The notes under the pieces were generated by a model. It was given only the letters and a program-made list of their open reading frames with translations, did not search any database and had not been told where the DNA came from. The translations under genes were made by a program, and so were the position numbers. DNA of 32,000 nt from Candidatus Methylomirabilis limnetica. GTDB lineage: Bacteria > Methylomirabilota > Methylomirabilia > Methylomirabilales > Methylomirabilaceae. Position 1 is the stretch's first letter. Every line of letters starts with the position of its first letter. Below, one piece after another: positions 15,310-24,569 of this stretch. The stretch is taken from the NCBI RefSeq assembly GCF_003044035.1, contig NZ_NVQC01000017.1, positions 90,001 through 122,000 on the forward strand, in the 5' to 3' direction.

Positions 15310-15825
15310 GTGAGTAACGTTGAGTACTGCCATCCCGCCGCATCGATCGACGGTGTGCTTATTATCGCGGGACCTGAGGTCCGTAAGGCCGGATTCTGGA
15401 TTCGACTGGCGGCCTGGGTCGTCGATCTCGCCTGCCTCTTTCTCGTCACCATCGCTCTCGCCCTTGCAGCGCTGATAACCATTTATCTCGGGGGCCAGTT
15501 CGGCGGTGAGATTAATGACCAGGTGATGGCGTTGGCTGGATATTCAAGCACTGCCATTGTCATGTTAAGTGGTGTAGTATATTTCACCATCTTTGTCGGC
15601 TCGTGCGGGCAGACCCCAGGGAAGATGCTCTTCCGCCTGAAGGTTGTTCGAGCTGACGGCCAGGAGATGACCTATGACGGGGCATTGCTTCGCTCGCTGT
15701 TTTGGATGCTCTCGCTGCTGCTTTTCGGCATCGGCTTTCTGATGATCGCGTTTACCCGGCAAAAACGCGGTCTGCACGATATACTGGCAGGCACGTCCGT
15801 GATCCGCCTCCAACGCTCGCCTTGA
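15310..15825 (+). CDS. RDD-family membrane protein
   Basis: AGFWIRLAAWVVDL ... GQTPGKMLFRLKVV ... RGLHDILAGTSV is the RDD domain pattern, with 3 TM segments. GTG start. Confidence 0.8.
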   Translation: MSNVEYCHPAASIDGVLIIAGPEVRKAGFWIRLAAWVVDLACLFLVTIALALAALITIYLGGQFGGEINDQVMALAGYSSTAIVMLSGVVYFTIFVGSCGQTPGKMLFRLKVVRADGQEMTYDGALLRSLFWMLSLLLFGIGFLMIAFTRQKRGLHDILAGTSVIRLQRSP

Positions 15826-15909
15826 CAGCACCTGTGCCTCTGCGCAGTTTGACCTTGACAAGTAGCGCTGAGGAGGCTATTTTTAGGCACTTCGGAGGGA
15901 GCATGGGAG

Positions 15910-17253
15910 GTGTTTGAAGGACTCACAGAACGATTAAGCTTGGTCCTGAAAAAGCTTCGTGGCCACGGGCGGCTCACTGAGGAGAACATCGCCGAGGCGC
16001 TTCGTGAGGTTCGGCTTGCTCTGCTCGAAGCGGATGTCAATTTTAAGGTCGTTAAAGGGTTCATCGAGCGCGTCCGCGAACGGGCAGTGGGTCGTGATGT
16101 ATTAGAGAGTCTGACCCCTGGCCAGCAGGTTGTCAAGGTTGTCTACGAAGAACTGGTAGAGGTGCTGGGCAAGACACGCGCCCCGCTGGTCTATGCGCCG
16201 GATCAGCCTACGGTCGTCATGCTGGTCGGCCTGCACGGAGCAGGTAAGACGACTACGTCGGCAAAGTTGGCCCGGTGGTTCGTGTCTGAAGGACGGTCGC
16301 CGCTCCTGGTGGCGGCCGATACGACCAGGCCGGCGGCCAGGGAGCAGCTCCAGACGCTGGGGCGGGCCCTTGGGGTTCCGGTATACGCTGGGGAAGGTTC
16401 TGCGCTGCAAGTCTGCCAGGAGGCGAGGAGGCTCGCAAAAGAACGCGGACAGAATCCGGTAATTCTCGACACCTCCGGGCGACTCCATATCGATGAGCCG
16501 CTGATGCAAGAGCTGGTGGCGATTGCCGGGGCAACCTCCCCGACCGAGAGACTGATGGTCGCCGACGCCATGACCGGACAGGATGCGGTTAATTCCGCGC
16601 TTCGGTTCAATGCGGATCTTGACCTGACGGGCTTCATCCTCACCAAGTTGGATGGAGATTCCCGAGGCGGAGCGGCCCTCTCGATCAGGTCAGTGACTGG
16701 GAAGCCGATCAAGTTCATCGGTGTAGGCGAGAAGTCTGATGCTCTCGAGCCTTTCCACCCTGAACGACTGGCTTCTCGGATCCTTGGGATGGGCGATATC
16801 CTCACCCTCGTGGAAAAGGTGCAGGCGAGGGTGGATCAGAAGCAGGCCCTGGACCTTGTGAAGAAGGTTCGCTCCGAGGGCTTTACGCTGGAGGATTTTC
16901 GCGTGCAGCTCCAGCAACTGAAGGACCTTGGGCCCCTCGATCAGGTGATGGAGATGATCCCGGGGTTGTCACGGCAGAAGGGCTTGACTGACACCGTTTC
17001 AGCGGAACGGGATTTCAAACAAGCTGAGGCGATTATTAATTCGATGACTCGGAAAGAGCGGGGGGTTCCCGAGATTATTAATGGGAGCCGACGCCGGCGG
17101 GTCGCCGCCGGAAGCGGCACATCTGTGGCAGACGTGAATCGGCTGCTCAAACAGTTTAGCCAGGCCCGGAAACTGATGAAACAGTTCATTCCTGGGGGTG
17201 GCGGGGCGAGGGGAAAAATGGCACATCGCCTTCGGTCCCTGATGGGAGTGTAA
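15910..17253 (+). CDS. ffh: Signal recognition particle protein
   Basis: MFEGLTERLS ..., NG domain GLHGAGKTTT, DTSGRLH, TKLDGDSRGG, and a Met-rich M domain. GTG start. Confidence 0.95.
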   Translation: MFEGLTERLSLVLKKLRGHGRLTEENIAEALREVRLALLEADVNFKVVKGFIERVRERAVGRDVLESLTPGQQVVKVVYEELVEVLGKTRAPLVYAPDQPTVVMLVGLHGAGKTTTSAKLARWFVSEGRSPLLVAADTTRPAAREQLQTLGRALGVPVYAGEGSALQVCQEARRLAKERGQNPVILDTSGRLHIDEPLMQELVAIAGATSPTERLMVADAMTGQDAVNSALRFNADLDLTGFILTKLDGDSRGGAALSIRSVTGKPIKFIGVGEKSDALEPFHPERLASRILGMGDILTLVEKVQARVDQKQALDLVKKVRSEGFTLEDFRVQLQQLKDLGPLDQVMEMIPGLSRQKGLTDTVSAERDFKQAEAIINSMTRKERGVPEIINGSRRRRVAAGSGTSVADVNRLLKQFSQARKLMKQFIPGGGGARGKMAHRLRSLMGV

Positions 17254-17281
17254 CGCCGGACGGATGAGGGGGAGATAAAAG

Positions 17282-17563
17282 ATGGCTGTGAAGATCAAGC
17301 TGCGGCGGATAGGGGCGAAGCAGCACGCCTTCTATCGCTTGGTTGTGGGAGACTCACTGGCTGCGGGAGGCGGCAAGGTGCTGGAGTCCCTGGGTACCTA
17401 CGATCCCCATGGGGAGCCGCCCGCACTTTCCGTGGTGGCGGAGCGTGCTTTGCATTGGTTGCAACGGGGTGCTGAGCCTACCGACAGTGCCCGACAACTT
17501 TTGCGGCGAGCAGGCGTCATGCGGCAATTCGCTGAACTGAGAGCCGCAGGAAAGGCTCAATAA
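17282..17563 (+). CDS. rpsP: 30S ribosomal protein S16
   Basis: MAVKIKLRRIGAKQHAFYRLVV ..., in the canonical position after ffh. Confidence 0.95.
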   Translation: MAVKIKLRRIGAKQHAFYRLVVGDSLAAGGGKVLESLGTYDPHGEPPALSVVAERALHWLQRGAEPTDSARQLLRRAGVMRQFAELRAAGKAQ

Positions 17564-17602
17564 CCCTGGGGTTGTTGGGGCACAGTACCGAAAAGAGGGA
17601 AG

Positions 17603-17725
17603 ATGGAAGGCGATCCGTCGGTTCCGAGTCATGAGGCCATGGAGAAAGCAAGGGCGCTCAAGGAACTGGTAGAACGGGTGGCCATTCGAAGTGTCGGGCC
17701 GTCCTGGAGATTCTGGAATAGTTGA
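17603..17725 (+). pseudogene. Vestigial KH-domain (YlqC-like) ORF, 40 codons
   Basis: It occupies the slot between rpsP and rimM where the KH protein normally sits. It keeps only LKELVERVA, similar to the YlqC N-terminus, and the GxxG KH core is absent. Its stop abuts the rimM ATG. Confidence 0.3.
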
Positions 17726-18250
17726 ATGCCATCGCCATACCTTGTACTGGGCAGGACTGCCAAGGCTTGGGGGCTCAAGGGAGAAGTGAAAGTGCAGCCC
17801 TCCGCTGACTCGATAGCAATTGCAGCAGGATCGGCAACCGTGTACCTCAGGGGGCCCGGGGGCGACCTTACCGAGTACGTCGTGGAGCGGGTTCGGCCGG
17901 CTGGCAAAGCCTGGATCCTGCAATTCCAGGGCGTGGGGACCATTGAGCAGGCCGAACGTCTGGTTGACCGTGAGCTGCTCATTCCCCGGTCGGCTGCCCC
18001 GACGCTTCCGGAGGGGGCGTATTACCATGCCGATCTCATCGGCCTGAAGGTCGTCACTGAAGAGGGACAAGAGCTTGGGCGAATTGCCGAAATCCTGGAA
18101 ACGGGCGCCAACGATGTGTACGTAGTCCACGGTGAAGGTTCGGAATGGTTGCTGCCGGCGACCCGAGAGGTCGTGAGAAGGATCGATCTTGCAGGGGAGA
18201 TCATGGTGGTCCACCTGCTGAAAGGGATGATCGAAGCTGAGGCGGTATGA
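17726..18250 (+). CDS. rimM: 16S rRNA processing protein RimM
   Basis: [18 protein letters not shown] ... and a PRC-barrel C-terminus ([20 protein letters not shown]). Synteny supports the call. Confidence 0.9.
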   Translation: MPSPYLVLGRTAKAWGLKGEVKVQPSADSIAIAAGSATVYLRGPGGDLTEYVVERVRPAGKAWILQFQGVGTIEQAERLVDRELLIPRSAAPTLPEGAYYHADLIGLKVVTEEGQELGRIAEILETGANDVYVVHGEGSEWLLPATREVVRRIDLAGEIMVVHLLKGMIEAEAV

Positions 18251-18977
18251 CATTCTCACCCTCTTCCCTGGGTTCTTTCAGGGACCTCTCTCGGAAAGCA
18301 TCCTCAAACGAGCCCAGCAGCGGGGCATCGTGCAGATCGCGGTCCACGATCTTCGGAACTATGCCCATGATCGCCATGCCATCGTGGACGATCGGCCGTA
18401 CGGGGGTGGCGCTGGAATGGTGCTTAAGCCGGAGCCGATCATCGAGGCGGTCACGAGTCTCCGTCAGGGGCAAGAGACTCACCTGATCCTCTTGACCCCC
18501 CAGGGCCGACCGTTCAAACAGGCGATTGCCCGGGAGCTTAGCGAGTACCAGCACCTGCTGTGCGTTTGCGGCCGGTACGAGGGGTTCGACGAACGGGTGA
18601 GAGACCTCCTGTCGCCTGATGAGATCTCTATTGGGGACTACGTTCTGACTGGGGGTGAGCTGCCGGCCCTCGTACTCCTGGATGCCGTCATCCGGCTTAT
18701 TCCTGGCGTGCTGGGCGATGAAGACTCGGCCCGGTACGACTCTTTTGTAGACGCATTGCTGGAGTTTCCCCACTATACGCGGCCACAGAATATTCAGGGG
18801 CGTGGGGTTCCGGACGTGCTGCTGTCTGGTGACCATGAGCGGATCAGGCGCTGGCGCCGAAAGGAGGCCTTGCGACGCACTAAGGTTCGTCGTCCGGATC
18901 TCCTGCAGCAGGCTTTCCTGAGTAAAGAAGACCTTGATCTCCTGGGGGAGATTGAAGATGAGCAAGGAGCCAGTTAA
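18237..18977 (+). CDS. trmD: tRNA (guanine37-N1)-methyltransferase; start codon non-canonical or unresolved
   Basis: The conserved N-terminus [24 protein letters not shown] is in frame upstream of the track start (GTG 18330). Between the in-frame TGA at 18228 and 18330 there is no ATG, GTG or TTG. CTG 18237 is the only near-cognate start ahead of the conserved block. Confidence 0.85.
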   Translation: MRRYDILTLFPGFFQGPLSESILKRAQQRGIVQIAVHDLRNYAHDRHAIVDDRPYGGGAGMVLKPEPIIEAVTSLRQGQETHLILLTPQGRPFKQAIARELSEYQHLLCVCGRYEGFDERVRDLLSPDEISIGDYVLTGGELPALVLLDAVIRLIPGVLGDEDSARYDSFVDALLEFPHYTRPQNIQGRGVPDVLLSGDHERIRRWRRKEALRRTKVRRPDLLQQAFLSKEDLDLLGEIEDEQGAS

Positions 18978-19044
18978 ACGATTCGATGTTCGAGGGCCGA
19001 GGTACTTTCGCACCTCATACTTTTTGCATGTTGGAGGCTGAATC

Positions 19045-19392
19045 ATGGATGTTATCAGGAGCGTCGAAGCGCCCTCGCTGAAGGCGCAGATCCCAGACTT
19101 CTCACCCGGCGACACGATTAAGGTACAGGTAAAGGTTCGGGAAGGGGACAAGGAAAGATTCCAGGTATTCGAAGGTGTGGTCATCCGTAAGCGCGGCGAC
19201 GGTCTTCGTGAGACCTTCACTGTGCGCAAGGTCACTTACGGCGTCGGTGTGGAGCGAATCTTCCCCATCCATTCCCCCATGATTGACAAGATCGAGTGCA
19301 CAAGACGGGGTCATGTCCGTCGGGCGAAACTCTACTACCTGCGAAAGCTGAAGGGAAAGGCTGCTCGGATCTCGGAGCGCAAGCTGACGTAA
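19045..19392 (+). CDS. rplS: 50S ribosomal protein L19
   Basis: [32 protein letters not shown] ... plus synteny. Confidence 0.95.
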   Translation: MDVIRSVEAPSLKAQIPDFSPGDTIKVQVKVREGDKERFQVFEGVVIRKRGDGLRETFTVRKVTYGVGVERIFPIHSPMIDKIECTRRGHVRRAKLYYLRKLKGKAARISERKLT

Positions 19393-19406
19393 AGAGGATC
19401 GCTGCT

Positions 19407-20009
19407 TTGCGTCCTGAAGAGGTGGAGACCTGCCTCCGTACCGCGGGGTATCACCTCATTGCCGGCGTTGATGAGGCTGGGCGAGGTTCCCTGGCCGGGC
19501 CGGTAGTGGCTGCCGCTGTGATCCTTCCACCGACTTGCGCGATCGATGGGGTAGATGACTCCAAGGCGCTCAGCGCACATCGGCGGGAGCAGCTCGACTT
19601 GGCGATCAGAGCTGAAGCGATGGCCATCGGCTTCGGTGTGATCCAGGAGGAGGTCATCGATGCCATCAATATTCTCCAGGCGACCATGCTCGCCATGCGG
19701 CGAGCCATAGAGGATTTGAACCCACCCCCTGATTTCGTTCTGATCGACGGTGATCGATCCCCCAACTGCTCCAGCCCCCATCGACTGATCCCTTCAGGAG
19801 ATCGTCTCTGCTTCTCCATCTCTGCGGCTTCCATCCTGGCGAAGGTTGGCCGGGATCGGATCATGCAAGCGTATGACCTGGCCCTCCCGCAGTACGGCTT
19901 CAGCCGACACAAAGGGTACGGGACCCCGGAACATCTGTCGGCTATTGCGCGGTTCGGGGCGAGCCCTATCCACCGAAAGAGCTTTAGAGGTGTCCGGGAA
20001 TATGTGTAG
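19407..20009 (+). CDS. rnhB: Ribonuclease HII
   Basis: IAGVDEAGRGSLAGPVVAAAV, DDSKAL, and SIAAASILAKV-like SISAASILAKV. I chose the TTG start at 19407, which has an AGAGGA RBS 9 nt upstream. The track start 19296 would overlap rplS by 97 nt. Confidence 0.88.
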   Translation: MRPEEVETCLRTAGYHLIAGVDEAGRGSLAGPVVAAAVILPPTCAIDGVDDSKALSAHRREQLDLAIRAEAMAIGFGVIQEEVIDAINILQATMLAMRRAIEDLNPPPDFVLIDGDRSPNCSSPHRLIPSGDRLCFSISAASILAKVGRDRIMQAYDLALPQYGFSRHKGYGTPEHLSAIARFGASPIHRKSFRGVREYV

Positions 20010-20018
20010 CGGGGTCTG

Positions 20019-20414
20019 TTGATGAAAGCAGGACGGTTGGGTCTGGGAGCGGAAGGGGAGCGCGTAGCGAAAGCATATCTGCAGACCAAAGGGTTTCGGA
20101 TCCTCCACGAGAACTATTCGACCCCGCTCGGCGAGATCGACTTGATCGCTAAGGAGAGTGGCGTGGTAGTCTTCGTAGAGGTGAAGGCTCGTACGTCAGG
20201 CGCATTCGGTCCGCCGCAGGCCTCGGTGACGCTGGCAAAACAGCGACAGATCATCAGGGTGGCACGGCTTTACTTGCAGCGGGAGGGGCTAGCTGATGAG
20301 GCCGCCTGTCGCTTTGACGTTGTGGCGGTGATGTTTGCAGGAGGCCAGGCGGGGCAGCCCAATGTCCTCCTGATCCGGGACGCCTTCAGCAGCGAGGGGA
20401 TCGCCCTCTTTTGA
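20019..20414 (+). CDS. yraN: YraN-family (UPF0102) endonuclease-like protein
   Basis: [46 protein letters not shown]. The usual neighbour of rnhB. Confidence 0.85.
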   Translation: MMKAGRLGLGAEGERVAKAYLQTKGFRILHENYSTPLGEIDLIAKESGVVVFVEVKARTSGAFGPPQASVTLAKQRQIIRVARLYLQREGLADEAACRFDVVAVMFAGGQAGQPNVLLIRDAFSSEGIALF

Positions 20415-20424
20415 TGGAGTCACG

Positions 20425-21954
20425 ATGCTGGCCAAGGTCTTATCTAGCGCGGTTCTAGGGGTCGATGCCTACCTGGTAGAGGTGGAGGTCGACATCGCCC
20501 TTGGGCTTCCCATCTTCAATACCGTTGGCCTGCCGGATACCTCGGTCAAGGAAAGTCGTGATCGGGTGAAGGCGGCTATCAAGAACTGCGGGTTCGACTT
20601 TCCCTCCAGACGGATCACCGTGAACCTGGCGCCGGCCGACATAAAAAAGGAAGGGGCCTGCTTCGACCTCCCCATGGCCTGCGGTATCCTGGCGGCAATG
20701 GGCCTGGTTAAGCCAGACCGGCTCAAGACCCATCTGCTCCTGGGCGAACTCTCGCTGGACGGCGGCCTCCGTGGGGTAAAAGGCGCCCTGCCGATGGCTG
20801 TTTCGGCCGCAGAGAGGGGGCTTGCCGGGATGATCCTCCCGGCGGAAAACGCCGCTGAAGCGGCCGTTGTGGAGGGGATTCAGGTCTATGGTGTCGAGAC
20901 GCTTCCGCAGGTGGTGCAGTTCCTGAACGGCGCGCAGGAGATTTCGCCCACGCGCATCGACCTGCAGGAGGTCTTCGCCCAGCACGCCCTGTACGGGGTC
21001 GATTTGGCCGACGTGAAAGGGCAGGCCCACGCGAAAAGGGCACTTGAGGTAGCAGCTGCTGGCGGCCATAACATCCTCTTCATCGGGCCACCTGGCTCCG
21101 GCAAGACGATGCTTGCTAAGCGACTTGCCACCATCCTGCCTGACCTGGGGTTGGAGGAAGCGATCGAGGTGACGAAGATCCATTCCATCTGTGGCCTCGT
21201 GCCTTCTCGCGCGGCGCTCATTGCGACGCGGCCCTTTCGAGCGCCTCACCACACCATCTCGGATGCCGGCTTGATCGGCGGCGGGACGATTCCGCGACCC
21301 GGAGAGGTAAGCCTGGCTCACCATGGGGTCCTCTTTCTGGACGAGCTGCCGGAGTTCAAACGGTCTGCTCTAGAGGTGTTGCGTCAGCCGATCGAGGATG
21401 GCATCGTCACCATCTCGCGCGCCCTAACCTCTGTCACCTACCCGGCTTGCTTCATGCTGGCCGCCGCGATGAACCCCTGTCCTTGCGGCTATTTCACCGA
21501 CCCCAAGCACGACTGTACTTGCGCCCCGTCCCAGATCCAGCGCTACCGCTCCCGGATCTCTGGCCCCCTCCTGGATCGGATCGATATGCATATCGAGGTC
21601 CCTCCGCTCCGCTATCGGGAGATCACGACCGAGTCGCAGGGGGAGACTTCCGACGTGGTGCGGACGCGGGTAAAGGGGGCCAGGGCCATCCAGCAGGAGA
21701 GGTTCAGGCGGACTCAGACCTTCTGTAACGCCCAGATGAGCGCCAAGCAGCTCCGGCGGCACTGCCTAGTCGGGCCGGACGGGCAGCGGCTTCTGGAGAC
21801 CGCGCTAGAGCGTTTGGGGCTGTCCGCGCGGGCGCATGATCGAATCCTCAAGGTGGCTCGCACCATCGCCGATCTTGAAGGCCACGAGACGATCCAAACC
21901 GACCATCTAGCCGAGGCGATTCAGTACCGGACCCTGGACCGCCGCACAGGGTAG
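20425..21954 (+). CDS. comM: YifB/ComM-family Mg-chelatase-like AAA+ ATPase
   Basis: N-terminal Lon-protease-like domain, Walker [19 protein letters not shown], and the zinc-ribbon-like NPCPCGY insert. Confidence 0.9.
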   Translation: MLAKVLSSAVLGVDAYLVEVEVDIALGLPIFNTVGLPDTSVKESRDRVKAAIKNCGFDFPSRRITVNLAPADIKKEGACFDLPMACGILAAMGLVKPDRLKTHLLLGELSLDGGLRGVKGALPMAVSAAERGLAGMILPAENAAEAAVVEGIQVYGVETLPQVVQFLNGAQEISPTRIDLQEVFAQHALYGVDLADVKGQAHAKRALEVAAAGGHNILFIGPPGSGKTMLAKRLATILPDLGLEEAIEVTKIHSICGLVPSRAALIATRPFRAPHHTISDAGLIGGGTIPRPGEVSLAHHGVLFLDELPEFKRSALEVLRQPIEDGIVTISRALTSVTYPACFMLAAAMNPCPCGYFTDPKHDCTCAPSQIQRYRSRISGPLLDRIDMHIEVPPLRYREITTESQGETSDVVRTRVKGARAIQQERFRRTQTFCNAQMSAKQLRRHCLVGPDGQRLLETALERLGLSARAHDRILKVARTIADLEGHETIQTDHLAEAIQYRTLDRRTG

Positions 21955-21957
21955 TAG
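21927..21957 (+). repeat. Direct repeat copy 1 (3' end of comM)
   Basis: ccggaccctggaccgccgcacagggtagtag. It recurs with 3 mismatches at 22925-22955. Confidence 0.85.
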
Positions 21958-22036
21958 GCATATGGCTGAACGGCATCTTGGGTCTTTCGGAAGTCGTGTA
22001 AGTGACGGCGTGGTTTATGACTATGCCATCTAGCTC

Positions 22037-22088
22037 GTAGGGGCGCTGCTTGCTGCGCCCTTCTCGGCGTCAGGCACCATTGGGCAGA
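22037..22088. repeat. Family B repeat, second copy
   Basis: 24/24 identity to 2401-2424, followed in both copies by a cattgg-n-cag box. Confidence 0.8.
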
Positions 22089-22126
22089 GCGGTGAAGCCT
22101 GATTCCAGCGAATCCTTTAACAAACA

Positions 22127-22141
22127 ATAGCGTTCTGCTAT
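22127..22141. promoter_or_regulatory. Candidate operator of the second higBA (ATAGC-n5-GCTAT)
   Basis: Inverted repeat 10 nt upstream of higB-2 ATG 22151, with the same arm and spacer geometry as at 7778-7794. Confidence 0.3.
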
Positions 22142-22150
22142 CATTACTCA

Positions 22151-22438
22151 ATGAAGCTCATCGGGCGGGATGTCTTCCAGCTATTCGTACGGAAACATCC
22201 CGACGCCAGATCTTCTCTGAAGAGCTGGACGCAGGCCGTGGAGTCCAACAGCTTCAAGCACTTCGTAGATCTTAAGAAGACCTTTGGGTCAGCGGATCAG
22301 GTCAAGGCGCACACGGTGTTTAATATCTGTGGGAACAAGTACCGGCTGATCGCTGTCGTGGACTATACTATTCAATCTGTGTCAATTGAGTGCGTGCTGA
22401 CGCACGCCGAGTACGATGAGGAACGTTGGAGAAAGTGA
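22151..22438 (+). CDS. higB: HigB-family toxin, second copy
   Basis: FNICGNKYRLIAVVDY ... CVLTHAEYDEERWRK parallels the first HigB. Confidence 0.85.
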   Translation: MKLIGRDVFQLFVRKHPDARSSLKSWTQAVESNSFKHFVDLKKTFGSADQVKAHTVFNICGNKYRLIAVVDYTIQSVSIECVLTHAEYDEERWRK

Positions 22439-22439
22439 C

Positions 22440-22907
22440 ATGACGATCGCAACACTTGAAAAGAAGCTTAAACCGCTGGAGTCGCCGGTAGACAACGAGC
22501 TACTTCGGTGGCTCTATCTCCATCTGCCGCTGCAACCCATCACGAGTAGAAAGATGCACCGCGGTTACAGCGAAGCGGTCCGCATCCTGATGCGGGAATC
22601 CGGAAGCCTGGACGCCGACAACCGAACGGCTGTCGGCCGGTATCTGCGCGCTGTCATTCCTTTCATCGAACAGTACGAAAAAAGAATATTCCCTATTGGT
22701 CCGGCAACCCCTGAGGAAATGCTTGGGTTCCTCATGCAGCAGCATGAGCTCAGCCAGTACGATCTCGCGAAAGAGCTGGGGGGCCAGTCCGTCGTTTCGC
22801 AAATCCTCAGAGGGAAGCGAAGGCTTACACGAGAGCACATCGAGCGATTGAGTAAGCGATTCGGGGTGACTCCAGCAACCTTCTACCCCGGAGGCGCCTC
22901 GGCCTGA
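22440..22907 (+). CDS. higA: HigA-family HTH antitoxin, second copy (longer N-terminal domain)
   Basis: ATG 22440 lies 1 nt after the higB-2 stop. HTH: LSQYDLAKELGGQSVVSQILRGKRRLTREHIERLSKRF. Confidence 0.8.
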   Translation: MTIATLEKKLKPLESPVDNELLRWLYLHLPLQPITSRKMHRGYSEAVRILMRESGSLDADNRTAVGRYLRAVIPFIEQYEKRIFPIGPATPEEMLGFLMQQHELSQYDLAKELGGQSVVSQILRGKRRLTREHIERLSKRFGVTPATFYPGGASA

Positions 22908-22924
22908 GCAATCACTTCAGCCAG

Positions 22925-22955
22925 CCGGACCCTGGACCGCCACACCGGGTGGTAG
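22925..22955 (+). repeat. Direct repeat copy 2 (pseudo 3' end of comM)
   Basis: ccggaccctggaccgccacaccgggtggtag would encode RTLDRHTGW-stop, against RTLDRRTG-stop in the real gene. Confidence 0.85.
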
Positions 22956-23101
22956 CAAGCAAGTAGGCTGGGTTGAGGCACGAAACCCAGCTCAATAACC
23001 TTAGCGGTGTCGCCGGACGTCGCAGCGTATCGACGGGAGCAACCGGATTGCTAGATGCGCTTCACTCATCCCAGCCTACCGGACTGCGACAGATCAGGGC
23101 T

Positions 23102-23599
23102 TCAGCGTCCTGACGCTGCCGGATAATTCAGTTGAATCTCTACGCGCGTCTGACTGTTCGAGACATGAAATGCCACTTGCTTATGGCTGGGTGTGATCAG
23201 GAATAAGCCAGGGTTATTCGAGAAACCGCCGCCTTCGCTAGGCAACCCGATCCGGTTCCTATCAAATTTCCCATTGCCGTTTTCATCGTGATATACCGCA
23301 GCGGCGTACACGCCTACCTTTGGTGCAATCACACAGAACGTGACGATCCCTCGCTTCGCTGGAATGCGTTGCTTTAAGATTTTCTTGCCTTTCACGAGGA
23401 AATCACTCGGATTATCGCCATACAGGACGAACATGATATTCCCGCGATCGCTCCTGACTCCCCGCACTCGGACATCGATGGTGGTAGAAGTGCGGTCACA
23501 TGCCGGCTCGATCGCCTCGATCCGGCCAGATACACCCCATGAGAGCAACAGCAGACAAGTAAGCCCGAGGCCCGATACTACTGACAATACGCGATGCAT
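23102..23599 (-). CDS. Secreted DUF2141-family protein
   Basis: Signal peptide, then GNIMFVLYGD ... VYAAAVYHDENGNGKFDRNRIGLPSEGGGFSNNP, which matches the DUF2141 core. Confidence 0.7.
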   Translation of the reverse strand: MHRVLSVVSGLGLTCLLLLSWGVSGRIEAIEPACDRTSTTIDVRVRGVRSDRGNIMFVLYGDNPSDFLVKGKKILKQRIPAKRGIVTFCVIAPKVGVYAAAVYHDENGNGKFDRNRIGLPSEGGGFSNNPGLFLITPSHKQVAFHVSNSQTRVEIQLNYPAASGR

Positions 23600-23606
23600 C
23601 GTACTG

Positions 23607-24569
23607 CTATCGATACGCCTTGCGCCAATAGAGCTTGCCGAGGATCAGCGCCGTCGCGAGCCATGGGTGACGTTGTAGACGCGGTGGCACTTCTGACCTC
23701 ATACCGGAATGTCGTTCGATCTTCCACAGGATATAGCTTGCACCACCCTGAAAAGTGAATACCCCTTTAAGAAGGCGCAGGATGTTCAGTATTTTTCCCT
23801 GCACTTTCCGGATTCGCCATGCAAGGCCGGTGATGGAGCGGGTAGAGCGGGGTATGATCGCGTGATATCTACTCGGCCTGCCTTCTTCTACCAGCCGCAC
23901 GTCAAACTGTACACACCCTATCCCAATGCGGGTGATCTGCTCATAGTAATCAAGTGAGTCATCTACCAACCGCACCACGGCATCTGCCCGTTCAGGCCGT
24001 AGTTCGGTGCCATAGCTCAGGCGCAGTGCCTGCTGCCACAGTTCGCGAGCATCGAACGTCGATGGTAGAACCGGAAGGACACGACCGATAAATGTCACGA
24101 TAGCCTGAGCTAATGCCTTGAACACCCGCTGGGCTCCGTCCTCATCGCGAACGTAAAGTGCCCCAGTAGGTTGTGCGTACCTTCCCCAGAGGTGCGAATT
24201 AAAACAGCGTGTTGATGTTCCTCGCTCGAAATCCGTACAGGAAATCACAGTATACTTTGTCCGGATGGCACGACCGTCACACTCGATCCCCATGGAAAAG
24301 ACGGTCGGCGGTAAGGTGCGGTACAGCCAGCGCTGCCACAAGGTCCCAGGGAGAGACCGGTAGCTGTCAACCAGTACGCAAAGATCAACAAGTCCCTCGT
24401 CCGTCTGATTTCGGAAACAGGAGCCATACGCAAGAATGGCGACCACGGCGTTGCCATAGCGCGCTAGAAGCGTATCAGCCAAGGCACGAACCCCCGGCGC
24501 GCCGGGTCGCGCACTATGCTGCTCGATGCAGGAGGCTAGCTGCGTCCAAGCTTCCCGTCTACCGCGCAT
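23607..24569 (-). CDS. Putative Tam41/Mmp37-like nucleotidyltransferase (candidate CDP-diacylglycerol synthase of the non-CdsA type)
   Basis: 320 aa. AILAYGSCFRNQTDEGLVDLCVLVDS is NTase-like (GS ... hDhxh). IRTKYTVISCTDFERG ... HLWGRYAQP is reminiscent of Tam41 iKYGVvs..l..DL..W..lYlaGRlqKP. This is similarity by eye only. Confidence 0.4.
   Translation of the reverse strand: MRGRREAWTQLASCIEQHSARPGAPGVRALADTLLARYGNAVVAILAYGSCFRNQTDEGLVDLCVLVDSYRSLPGTLWQRWLYRTLPPTVFSMGIECDGRAIRTKYTVISCTDFERGTSTRCFNSHLWGRYAQPTGALYVRDEDGAQRVFKALAQAIVTFIGRVLPVLPSTFDARELWQQALRLSYGTELRPERADAVVRLVDDSLDYYEQITRIGIGCVQFDVRLVEEGRPSRYHAIIPRSTRSITGLAWRIRKVQGKILNILRLLKGVFTFQGGASYILWKIERHSGMRSEVPPRLQRHPWLATALILGKLYWRKAYR

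Noticed and set aside
17354-19235. Two very long minus-strand ORFs (301 aa and 344 aa) opposite rpsP-rimM-trmD-rplS
   Set aside because: They have no recognisable motifs. They lie antisense to highly conserved ribosomal and biogenesis genes in GC-rich DNA, where stop-free antisense frames are expected.
19296-19406. Track start of rnhB overlapping rplS by 97 nt
   Set aside because: The conserved RNase HII sequence begins after 19407, where a TTG with an AGAGGA RBS lies 14 nt after the rplS stop.
20455-21324. 289-aa minus-strand ORF, plus smaller ones, inside comM
   Set aside because: It is antisense to a well-supported AAA+ gene, and its Arg/Gly/Pro-rich composition is typical of GC-rich shadow ORFs.
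22076-22087. accattgggcag near higB-2 as an attC distal core, because the same 12-mer lies at 13262-13273
   Set aside because: Here it is part of the family B repeat (the same cattgg-n-cag box follows the 2401 copy) and there is no paired RYYYAAC or stem. This also lowers my confidence in the 13204-13270 site.
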